A stretch of DNA of 64,000 bases from Phoronis australis (Eukaryota; Animalia; Phoronida): positions 454,952 to 518,951 of the forward strand of contig NMRA01000072.1 in assembly GCA_002633005.1 (NCBI GenBank), read 5' to 3'. Below the pieces are notes generated by a model. It was not told where the DNA came from and did not search any database. It saw only the letters and a program-made list of their open reading frames with translations. Below, in pieces: positions 24,329 to 36,300 of the stretch; position 1 is the first letter of the stretch, and each line of letters begins with the position of its first letter. A program made the position numbers and the translations under genes.

Positions 24329-25265
24329 CTCATTTATAAGCAGATGACGCACATAAATAGCTTGGGGTCGTAAAAATCCCGGCACAAAACCCGAAGCAAC
24401 TTCTCTCCAAACAAAGCTGTCTGCGACCTTTGACCGCTTGACAACGAGACAATTTCTGTCCGTGAGGGGTCACTTTCTACTTCCACCTGTGTCGCAAACA
24501 AACTTCCTTCAACAAGTTACTGGGTACGTTGTTTATCTTTGACATTCAAATCAATGTTGTCTTTTTGGATTAAGCGATTTTAACAGTATGGAAATTTGAA
24601 AGAGTTTCTGACACATTATAGTTACATCTGTCATTGAAGGCTTAACCGCCTGTGGGCTGAACGATCTTGTAGTTTCTGCACCAAAAAGTTGAACTGACCT
24701 CTGAAATCATCATCACCGCTAATGTAACTTGTATATAAGCCTAATCCTTAAGGCTAAGGTCATGGAACTGGTTCCTGGAGTAGACTGACCCAATGATAGA
24801 GTCATCATATCAGTGGCACTGATAGGATTTTAAGAACCAGGCAATCACTGAATAACGGGTACATTGTTCAGTGGATGAAACTGGTTCTCAAAAGCAGAGA
24901 CCATCCGACCTGTGCCCGTATCAGTTATCAATTTCATCATGGTCAGAGTCATTTTAACATCTGCTGTTGTCCGATCTTTATTGAGTTTAAACTTTGAATC
25001 ATAACAAAGATAAATAATAGTGGGACTATCTGGGTGATTCACAAGACATGTGAACAATGAAATGTCTTTGTGGTTATCTCGATATAGGAAGAGTTTGGTG
25101 TCGTTCTTATACTGTGGTATATTTTAATCACCAAGTTGTTTAGGAAGCGGACACGTCAGGACAGTGCTTCAAACTACTCATTAAAGTTGAAATTTCCTGC
25201 TCAATGCATGTGTATAGAACAAAAAAATATTTGTCAAACCTTTTTAGACCTGAGAGGAGGCAGTA

Positions 25266-25420
25266 TCACTGTGGCTTATTGGGATAAGTGTATGTTTCTT
25301 TAACTCAAGGTCGTGGGTTCGAGTCCCACTGGGGCACACTGCTAGACCCTTGACTCAGGTCTCTAGATCCTCAACTTGGTTTAACTATATAGTAATAAAG
25401 CATAAAAATGGTAACAGGTG
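25266..25420 (+). mobile_element. tRNA-derived SINE remnant
   Basis: A-box-like TGGCTTATTGG (25272), B-box GGTTCGAGTCC (25316-25326), then ggcacactgctagacccttga resembling a V-SINE/MetaSINE-type core; no intact cloverleaf. Confidence 0.55.
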
Positions 25421-27749
25421 ATCAGTGCAATAGACCTATGAGCTACAACTTGTATTAGACTACCTGCAATTGTTATTTTTAGACCTGGTTAAGTAAATTG
25501 TATATGAAACTTCTGTTCATACCATTTATTATAATCTTGCTCAAACTAAATTAGGAAGGCCGACGTTGGCCAGCATAGCAGATGATTTATTCATCCATTC
25601 CAGGCAGTCCACTACTGAGATAACTACCAGTAGACTGGTTTCCATCATTAGTTTTGTACTGGGGTATGGTGAATTAAACCATTGCTTATTTTGTGAATTA
25701 TAATCCACACTGTTGTACAACCTTTTTTCTAAATGTGAACACAATAAAATAAATAAAACTTACCATTTCTTCACCTGTTGCATTAGTGTTCGCTAGCGCA
25801 TTGCCATTTTAAAAAACTAGTATCATTGTCATTGTATTCAATTGCTGTGCATTGTGGGATAACTAGGCAGTGCAGAATGTCTGTTACTTGTAGTGAGGAA
25901 GGAAAGGGGATAAAATCATAATGTTTATAAAATAATTTTAAAAAATAATGTTTAACGAATGGATTAGTTCTCAATCTGATTTTAGATTAATGTTTGTCTC
26001 GTTGATCCACAAATACCAACTGTAGCTTTGTAACTTGTGTATTGCATATTCATTTAACACTAGCGACTTTTGCATGATTGGGAATTTTTCCCGTCAAGAT
26101 TAAGTTGTGGTGGTCAATTCGGGCAAGATTATGAGTGTCTGAGCTTAAAAAGGAGTGTGGAGAGCCACTCGTGTTCTTACACAAAGGGGAAACAGTGCAT
26201 GGCTGGTGGTTTACACTACAAGTAATTTCATAATTATGACATGAAGTGTTGATCTTTGCTGTCTTAGTAAGACTCTGTATTGGCAATCAATGAGCAAGTT
26301 GTCATCAGCCAATTATGTAGCCAGCCAGCTAGCTGTATGAAGACTAAGGTTGAAATGTAGCTGGGAACTGCGATGTGCAAACTTCACATAGACCTCAAAA
26401 TTTCACGCGGGCCTGGTAGTTCTGCTTGTCACCTTGTTGTGAAATTTATATCAACATCACATGTAGAGCTAATGACCGGCAGTGGTGTATGTTGGCTTCC
26501 CGAATACAACTGTTTACTTGACAAACTATCTAATAAATGTCATTTTTCACATATGTAATGGGGACGAAACAACGACGGGCTGCTTTTTGAGCCTGATACA
26601 GATGTAGATTATCTTAAAAACATCCAGGGTGCATAAAACATATTAAGTTTATTAACCAAAACTAAAGCTGAAATGTTAAGGACAAACTATTGTGGACAAG
26701 GCCGGGTACATAGCCCCGGTACCACACGAATACTAGGGTAGTACCTGACGCTTTGTTGGGTAAATACTGGTCTAAACTGTCTTGAATAGATCAAAGTTGG
26801 GTTCAAAGCCCTGGTACTGCACGAATGCCTTAAACTGAGATTTAAGGGAGTGAGTAACTGGTGTGAGCTCATTGGTTTCTGCAACTGAAGTACCATTAGG
26901 TTGAGTGTGACGCATTTTACAGAACACTAACCAATCAGCATATGAACCCGATGGGGTGAGGCCCACATTCTTAAGCTCTGTCCAAAGCATGGCGGAATAT
27001 GGTCATGTCCTGAGACCCAACATAATTACAAGAATGATGTAAAAATACTAAATATACCAGAAGAGGGCGCATCATACTCAACCGCAAACACTATGGCTAC
27101 GTGTATTGTCAGGGGCACTCCTGTTGCAGATGATTCTACGGCTTTTGTAACAAAGAAAAGTCTATTGTCGACTTGAAAACAGTATGCTCTTGACACACTC
27201 ACGTGCTATTTGGGATTTTTTTTATGACAGCTTCAGTGACGAAAAATTTTCTCAGAAATCTGGTTTGCTAGTATTAAAATACTGAAAATATATTTAACAG
27301 AGTGAAACCAATTGTTGTGACACGTATGCAATCATGTGGTTAGAAGAACACTTGATTGAAGAATCGACGAAAAAAGAAATTGGCAAACAGGTGACTCTCT
27401 GCGTTATGGCGTTGAAAGCCGACGCGTAAGATCAGTCCACAAGTTTAGCAGCAGAATAACAGTAGAACAATAATTTTCTGCACTTCTAAATAATTATGTT
27501 TATTTAAGGAAAGGTATAGTTTTTATTGACATATTTAATTAAGTGACAAATTTATTTGGACAGTTTTTCTCACATTTTCCCAGTTATGCTTTTGACCAGT
27601 TAAGGGAATAATATTGAATTAGGAAGTTTTTATAGGATCATGCTCTTCCTAAGTATTGCTGCCAGCATTATATTGGCTTTAAATCAAATAAACCGAGGTG
27701 TGATGAATCCAGTTAGCCTCGAAAGATAATTTATCTTACTAGTAATACA

Positions 27750-29736
27750 AATCTCTTAGATATACAACTTCAGATGGCCTTTTCCCATCACCTAGTTATT
27801 TGACCTCAGCGGAAATAAAAAAGTTCCCAATATTGTGGTTGCTACCTGAAATAAAAGCGCAACTTTTGTTTCCCTTCCTAATTTTCTATTTGAGTGTAAA
27901 AAATAAAGTGTAATACTCATAATGATTTGGTTTAAAGTTACAGGTAAAAAACTGAAAAAACAAGGTTTTGACTTTTACTACAACGCTGGTCAGGTGTCTC
28001 TGTTACATAGAAAATGAGTAGCCTGCTCAATTCTCATGGCCAGAATTCATTCAGGGGTATTCATCTACTGCAAGACAAACTCTGTGGCAGTGTTGATGGT
28101 AAATTTTTATGCATTTTTACGCTTGTTGGCTTGTAACATCCACTACCATCACTGAAAACCTGAAGCTGTGTATAAGGTTGGGCTACGTTCTGTAGATACA
28201 AGAATTTAGCAAGTTATGCTGGTGTGACTGCATGCTTCGCTTGTAACGCATGGAGATAAGAGTAATCGTTGCTATTTTCTTGAGTACGCGGAATGTAGGC
28301 TTGGTGTTTTAGGTGGTGATGGGATGGTGGTTGACTCAAGAATCGTTTACACTACAAATTTTTCTAAAAGTTATATGTTGATTTGAAGTAGGCCTATTTG
28401 TAGAGCTCACTTCAATTTGATACAAAAATTGTTTAGTCACAGTCATACCAAAAACCATGTTACAGTGATGAGTGCGCCCATGTTACAGTGATGAGTGGAT
28501 CCAACATGTTACAGTGGTGAGTGGACCCATACTTTCAATTATGGTGGGGTCAAGTGACAAGTGTTGTTTCTGTCAGAATGTTTATTAGTGACTAAGCTTT
28601 TCTGAAAGTCCACTGTATGTTTAAGAGCCTGTGAATGTCCCATGTAATAAATTTGAAAGCACCTTAAATGAAATTGCCCATATTGGTGGGTGAATTTGGT
28701 TTTGCAGGCAGTANAATCTCTTAGATATACAACTTCAGATGGTCTTTTCACATCACCTAGTTATTTGACCTCAGCGGAAATAAAAAAGTTACCAATATTG
28801 TGGTTGCTACCTGAAATAAAAGCGCAAGTTTTGTTTCCCTTCCTAATTTTCTATTTGAGTGTAAAAAATAAAGTGTAATACTCATAATGATTTGGTTTAA
28901 AGTTACAGGTAAAATAAAGTGTAATACTCATAATGATTTGGTTTCAAGTTACAGGTAAAAAACTGAAAAAACAAAGTTTTGACTTTTACTACAATGCTGG
29001 TCAGGTGTCTCTGTTACATAGAAAATGAGTAGCCTGCTCAATTCTCATTGCCAGGAGAATTCATTCAGGGGTATTCATCTACTGCAAGACAAACTCTGTG
29101 GCAGTGGTGATGGTAAATTTTTATGCATTTTTACGCTTGTTGGCTTGTAACATCCACTACCATCACTGAAAACCTGAAGCTGTGTATAAGGTTGGGCTAC
29201 GTTCTGTAGATACAAGAATTTAGCAAGTTATGCTGGTGTGACCACATGCTTCGCTTGTAACGCATGGAGATAAGCGTAATCGTTGCTATTTTCTTGGGTA
29301 TGCGGAGTGTAGGCTTGGCGTTTTAGGTGGTGATGGGATGGTGGTTGACTCAAGAATCATTCACGCAACAAATTTTTCTAAAAGTTATATGTTGATTTGA
29401 AGTAGGCCTATTTGTAGAGCTCACTTCAATTTGATACGTAATTGTTTAGTCTCAGTCATACCAAAAACCATGTTACAGTGATGAGTGCGCCCATGTTACA
29501 GTGATGAGTGGATCCAACATGTTACAGTGGTGAGTGGACCCATACTTTCAATTATGGTGGGGTCAAGTGACAAGTGTTGTTTCTGTCAGAATGTTTATTA
29601 GTGACTAAGCTTTTCTGAAAGTCCACTGTATGTTTAAGAGCCTGTGAATGTCCCATGTAATAAATTTGAAAAATAACATTGGCACCGTAAATGAAATTGC
29701 CCATATTGGTGGGTGAATTTGGTTTTGCAGGCAGTA
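27750..29736. repeat. ~1-kb tandem duplication (27750-28713 / 28715-29736) joined at N 28714; likely two haplotypes
   Basis: Near-identical copies with scattered SNPs and small indels; each holds 3 short repeats of catgttacagtg(a/g)tgagtg. Confidence 0.8.
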
Positions 29737-30423
29737 AGATTCCAATGGCCTCAAAAGCTGCTAAGCAATGAAAACCACCAGCATAGTCCATCCATTTCAT
29801 ATGTGGGGTAATCTACACATCGAGTAATTTTTGTCTATCATATTATGATTGATAATTTATCTTAAAAGATGATTTTCAGAATTCATATCTATCATTTCTG
29901 TGAATTTGTATGAATGGCATGACATTTTATAGATTGTTTATAAGAATTCACATTATGGTTTATGTAATTTGTCATGATGCAAGATTTAAATTGTGATTAA
30001 TTTTGTAATTTCTTATCACTGGGCAATGTTCAAAAGAGGTTTTCCATGAATGATCATGAACAAATGGTGATCAAACTGACAATTGTTTATCACCATCCTG
30101 ATATGAAGACATATCCAATCGAAATGGTGATGTACTCGTATTGAAAACATCCCTGCTGGGCCAAAAAATTACAATTGTGTTGAAGCTTTTGGATTATGAT
30201 TATGATTATTCTTTCACTAATTCAGAAATCTTTTTAACAGGTAACCTCAATGTAAAAGAAAAGAAGTTGTATCTACATTGAACAACCTTGCCGATGAGTG
30301 CGTTTAACCTATCTTGTATGGTTTATGCACTGATTCAAAATGGATTGACAGCTATGACGTGGAGTGTGTGCTGTTCTGAGAACATTCCTCAAATATTGTA
30401 CTAACAGTACATACAATAGCAGT

Positions 30424-33334
30424 ATGTCCTCACCACGTTTGGAATCATTTTGCTGTACGCCCAACGATTCATACAGAGCTTTGCACCACCACGTACCTGA
30501 CTTCCGTTCTGTGCCGTACAACGTGATTTGCATTGTGTCGTCATGCATAAGTGTTGTGGGTGTCGTGTATCAGCTATTGCCTAGGCGGCCGGCAAGTGGA
30601 CGAGCTGCAAGGCAAGCTGATCAAAACAGGAAACACTTGGAGATCCTGATGTGGCTGGCAGTAGCTGACTTGCTGGCGTCACTCGGTAAATGTTTTGCGA
30701 TAAAATGATACAAAAAACACTCCGTAAAATGTTATTTTGATTTTAGCCTGGTTTGTGCAATATAGCTGCCAACAAATCAAATTTAATCAACTTTTGAATA
30801 TTTGTAGTCATGTGATAAGCACCTGAATATAGAAGAATGACTATTTAAACAATTATTTTGTCTTATATTGAGAAATTTTAACTGTTAGTAGTTATATACT
30901 TTATTAGTCAGAGTATGCAAATGGACCATATAATGGTATAGCACAATTTGCATTTCTGCCTATTGCACTGCTTGTTGTTTTGAAATTTATCTTAAAAGTA
31001 ATATCTAAAATATTTGAAAGACGATGAAGTTATCAGCTTTGTGTGACTTGCATGATGTGTAACCCTTGCGACTTTTATATCATTCTCTGTAGTTTGGCAC
31101 AAATGAAGAGCATGTGAGTGAAACATTGGATTCTAACTCTTCTCTTATGCAAGCAGTGATAATTCACTGAAACTCTTTATTCATGAAATATATTTTAAGT
31201 TATATACAGATCACGGAGACTCTGTAAACGACGGAAAGAGTCTGCGGACCACAAAGCCACTAGCATACATCTTCAAATATGTTTTGTCCATTGACAAAAA
31301 TGTGATGCATTTGTTTTGATACGCATTTGAAATTTTATTAAAAACAAATCCATTTTGCAGTAGGTTCTAAAGGGAAGTTATCGGGTTTATGGCAGAAAAA
31401 TGCATGCGTAGGATTGTTGAGGTTGGATGAGGTAGAATTATCAATGTTGTTAATTAATTAGGCTTTATAACAAAATCTGTTGTGTTTGTGATTTTATTAC
31501 AAATCGCTAATTCTTGTCTTTGTCTGCCAGACATTGGCTGACATCAAGCCAGTTTTAAGATAAATACGCTTAAAATACTCTGCCATTCCTAGAGAGGGGT
31601 TTACTTCCACCAGAGGACTGCATGTTCGATTATGATGTCTGATTTCAGAAAATAAATTTTCATGCTCATAATGTCCCTTTCAGTCATTTTCAGTTAATGT
31701 CACCATGTGGCACCACTTGCATCCTGCGGACTGAAAATCGTGGTACAACCGTGCTTTCCTCAGTAGTTTTATCAAAAATGGAGCAACCTATCACTCTAGG
31801 TTATGCTTACAAAATGGCTGCCATTGTGTGAAATATCAGTCTGAAGTTTTAGAAGTAACATTAGCTCATGGAAATAAGTTTGAAAAGACCAGAGGTGTGT
31901 TTCATGAAAATCGACTTAGGACACAGGTCAGAAATTTGGTGTTAGGCTCAACACAGCTATTTCTGAAAAATACTAATACCTCACTTGAGCAAAAATGTAT
32001 CCCAGAGAATGCACACTATTGCTAAAGGTTATTTCTAGACTGTTATGCTCATAATTACTTGACGAAACCTTTATTCAGCAATTGTGATGTGAGAGCGTAA
32101 GACCAAATTTCTGTCTTAAATCTTAAGTCACTTTTTATAAAACTGAGACCCCTGTTGTTGTTCCTTCTCCAGGTATCTTGGTGAGGTCTGTAGTTTGGTT
32201 GTCTGGCAAGATCCCTCAGTATGACCCTTTGATTGGTTCAGCTGCTGACTTTGGGCACATATTCTGTGCAGTGATTAGTGTAAGTATAGTTTGTTCATTT
32301 AGCAGTTACAAGTCTTAATCATGTAACTGTTACCATAGCATTTTGTTGCGTGTATTCTGCTGGAATATGTATGAGAATGCTGACCCTGGTTCTATTGACA
32401 TGTGTCTGTTCCTCGCTCATTTTTACTATGTCTTTATAATCATGACTCCGTGTTCACGTCATTCGCATGAGGAATTTCTTCTTTATTTTGTTTCATCGTA
32501 GCAATGGCGATATTATTTGTCTCTATTACGTAGGCAGCATTTTTATGTAAACATTTTTACAGAAAGAGATAAAGTACTACTGCATATAGGCCATGTTTTG
32601 GTGCTCAGAGGCAGGTGATGTCATTTTTACTGTCTCTGCTTCTAAACTAACGTGACTCTATCTCTTCTAGGCCTGGATACAGTTCTTCTACCTCTGCACC
32701 TACTTTTGGACCTTGTGTTATGCAGTCGACACATTCTTGTTTGTAGACGATAAACTATCTGAGTAAGTGTAAATACTGCTTTGAAGAGACGGTGTAGCTG
32801 AGTGCTTTGAGCCCCAGGCTTCTGTATGGGAGACCCTGATAGCATTACTGGCAGGCACTCCAGCATTATACAAACGTGTGAGCAAAGAATAAAGATCCCG
32901 AGAAACACAACCATCAGTAGAGCCATCTAGTTTATTGAATACAACCAGCACATGGTCAGCACAACTCCAATACAATGAACCCCTATACCAGTTATATAGA
33001 CCCCTCAGGGTCAAAGGTCAAACTGGGGGTTCTCAAGAACTAACATCAAGATATTCCCTACTAAAGGTATTTTTTATTTTTTACTCCTCTGAGCTTGCTC
33101 TTAGTTTTGGAGGGATGCAAGGCAGTGAATGAGAACCAAGGTGGGTGTTATATGAAAGGGATTTCCAGAGTGGTGTTTAGCTATAAAATTAATCCCTGGG
33201 TGCAAGCAAAGGGTTTTTGCCTGATTGTTCCAATGTTGAGCTTATTCCTGCCTTGATCATGCTAATCATTCAAATGAAAAAAGAAAAAATATTAGCTCTC
33301 CCACACGCACACGTGTGTGCGCACTAACACACAT

Positions 33335-33372
<38 letters not shown>

Positions 33373-36300
33373 ACACACCAGTGATCTTTCTAAGAAAAAT
33401 AAAATTTAGATCCGTAAACTGGCTCACACATTTCACTAATTGTTTTGCCTACGAAGTACATTTCATGAAAAGTGAATTTAAACTTAAGTTAAAGTTAGAA
33501 ATTCGCCCTCACATTCCACACCAATTATTTTTTAAAATATGGCTAATTGTGGAGTGGGAGTGATAGTTAAATTTCTGACTCGACAGAAACAGGCTCTTGA
33601 AAGTCGGTGTTCATTTGTCTCACTTCCATGTTTCTGTTTCTTTCAGCTCCAAGTGGCCGTACAAAATGTATCATCTTATCTCATGGGGTGTGTCAGCTGT
33701 TCTATGTGCAGGAGGACTAATGTTTCTCTACTTTCCTGATTTACTCAGGTACGCCATGTTTGTGCAGTGTAGGACATAAATAAACAAAGTGGAGCACGAT
33801 GTATTCACCCAAGGAATGTGTGTACTTTTCTTTTATTCTGTGATAACACGGATTTGGATGAATGTTTGATATTGAGGACATTGATTCATTTTCAATACAT
33901 GGTTTATTCGATTGAATTTTGAGAGTTTGAGCAGTTTAGTTTTGTTGCTCAGCAAAATCCAGTTAGGAAAATGCTTTTTATACCAAAATATGTCAAACTT
34001 TTGTCTTGGGTTCAAGATTGTAGTTATATCTAGATCAAAAAAGAATACAGTCATTAGGCACTCCGATGTTTACCAATATCATATGTATGTTGGTTTACAA
34101 ATCCAAATTTTTCATTTTTACTTTAAACGTAATCAGTGGGAAATAACAAACCGGCAATGAAATTGTATAGAACCGTTAGAAGTGTTTTAAATTGAAACAA
34201 AACTTTTAGATTTGTGAGTAATGTAAATAACATGATATTTGAGTGAATACGAAAGCACTGGTTATTTAATAATATTCTCTTTCATTAGTGGGGCGATTAC
34301 TACGATTATCATCATCCAGAATGCGTGAGTTTAAATTAAACAATTTTTCTCTTCGATTCTCCTGCTTTTTGATTTCAGATGTCACCAGTCTTCCAGTTCC
34401 ACTATTCCTCACTACCTGTTTGCATACATCCCTATATTAATGGTGATGATTATAAACCCTCTACTCTATATTAAAACTAGCCAAAAGTGTAAGTAAAGTT
34501 GATACCGTGTTCAACAGCTTGTAAAAAGTTTGTGGACATTGCATTGTGATTTCATTGGTGTACCTTTGAGATTTTCGTTTTATATTTTCATTATGTTACA
34601 ACTAAATTAATATTGAGCTTGTTTCGCTTCCCTGTTTATTGCTATGAGTGAATGACTCAAAATGTTTTATTTGTAATCTGACAAACAAATTTTATGTTAA
34701 AGCAAAGTGTTTTTGCAACAAAAAATTAGCTTGCTTGACCATGAACAGTGGATATGGCAAGCGACTTCAATAATTTTCGGAGATGTAACATTGAATCATT
34801 TCTGTTGGTGCTATTTCACGTGCAATTTGTCTAATCATAATCACTCTCAGATGACCAACCAACATGCCTCACGCACTTTTGAACATGGCCTTGTAAGCTG
34901 AGTTTACTGAACCAATACTTGTGCCTGTACTCACAAAACACAGCTTACACACTCTAGTATAAAGCACGACTCATAGAAAAACATGCAGGTAAGCAGATAA
35001 GAATATGTGGTCCATATGTACATTTGCCGCAGCCGTGATTGCTGTCCGTGAGCCGTGCTTGTCAGTGGATGTGAGTACATAAGCCATGGTTTTTGGGTGC
35101 GTAATGGACGCTTTGCGAGTGTGGGCACAAGTTAGTAACTGTGTTTACACGTCGGTGAGCCATATTGATAAGTGAGAAGCTATGTTCAGGTGGGTGAAGA
35201 GCTATGTTCAGGTGGGTGATGAGCTATGTTCAGGTGGGTGAAGAGCTATGTTCAGGTGGGAGATGAGCTATGTTCAGGTGGGTGAAGAGCTATGTTCAGG
35301 TGGGTGATGAGCTATGTTCAGGTGGGTGATGACCTATGTTCAGGTGGGTGAAGAGCTATGTTCAGGTGGGTGATGAGCTATGTTCAGGTGGGTGAGGCGA
35401 AACCATATACTTTATTGACAGCCTGATGTTGTTATTTGTGTATTTTACTTTAACTGTCTGTTTCATCAAAGATGATGACTGAAATTTGGCATAACACAGC
35501 TATTTCTGAATGATAATCAAATCTCACTCGAGCAAAAGTGCAACCTTCACACAACTGCGAGTTACTGAGACGATTTCTTGGCGAAAACTTTTTTCAGCAA
35601 ATGTGAAGTGGGAACGCTAGGTCAAATTTCTGTCTCGAGTTACTTTTATGATGCAGACCTCTGGTCTAAAGTAATAACTAGGTCAAGTCTTGTCAAGCCC
35701 AATAATCATTTCTGATCTGTGTAGAGAACAAGATTAATCTGGTTTTATGACACAGACCTGGTCTAAAGCAATAACTAGGTCAAGTCTTGTCAGGCCCATT
35801 AATCATTTCTAATCTGTGTAGAGAACAAGATGAAACTGATTTTATGGCAGTAAGTTGTATGAATTGAAAGTTGGTTTGTAGGAGGAGGTGCGTGTTTATT
35901 TTAATTATTTGGATTGTAAGATATATGTTCAAATTTTTCATATTTCAGTGAAAACTAAACTCAGTGGACAAGTAGCAAGATTTACTGACAAAGAGAGAAG
36001 TTTCCTACGTGCTGTCAAGACCAAGTTTCTTCTGGTGTCAATTGTGTTTTACTTATGGTACGTTCACATCTACGAACAACTGGGGATAGAGAACAATATA
36101 CTATTGACTTTTTTTACAGCATTTTATTGCCTCAAACTTTGTAATAGAAGAAATCTTTGTCAGTCATTGCATAGTCATGTGATTTGTAATCCTTACCGTA
36201 CTCTCGCCTTCGTAAACGCCCATTCTTGGCTTTCCACCCACCCCCAATTTGTTCAACGAAGACTTCCTTAAAGATGGTCTAAATGGGAGACTTTTAAAAA

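Noticed and set aside
25266-25340. Functional tRNA gene
   Set aside because: A and B boxes are present but the stems do not form a cloverleaf, and it continues into a SINE-like body
35178-35395. CRISPR-like array
   Set aside because: Units abut with no unique spacers, there are no cas genes, and it lies in a eukaryotic intron; it is a minisatellite
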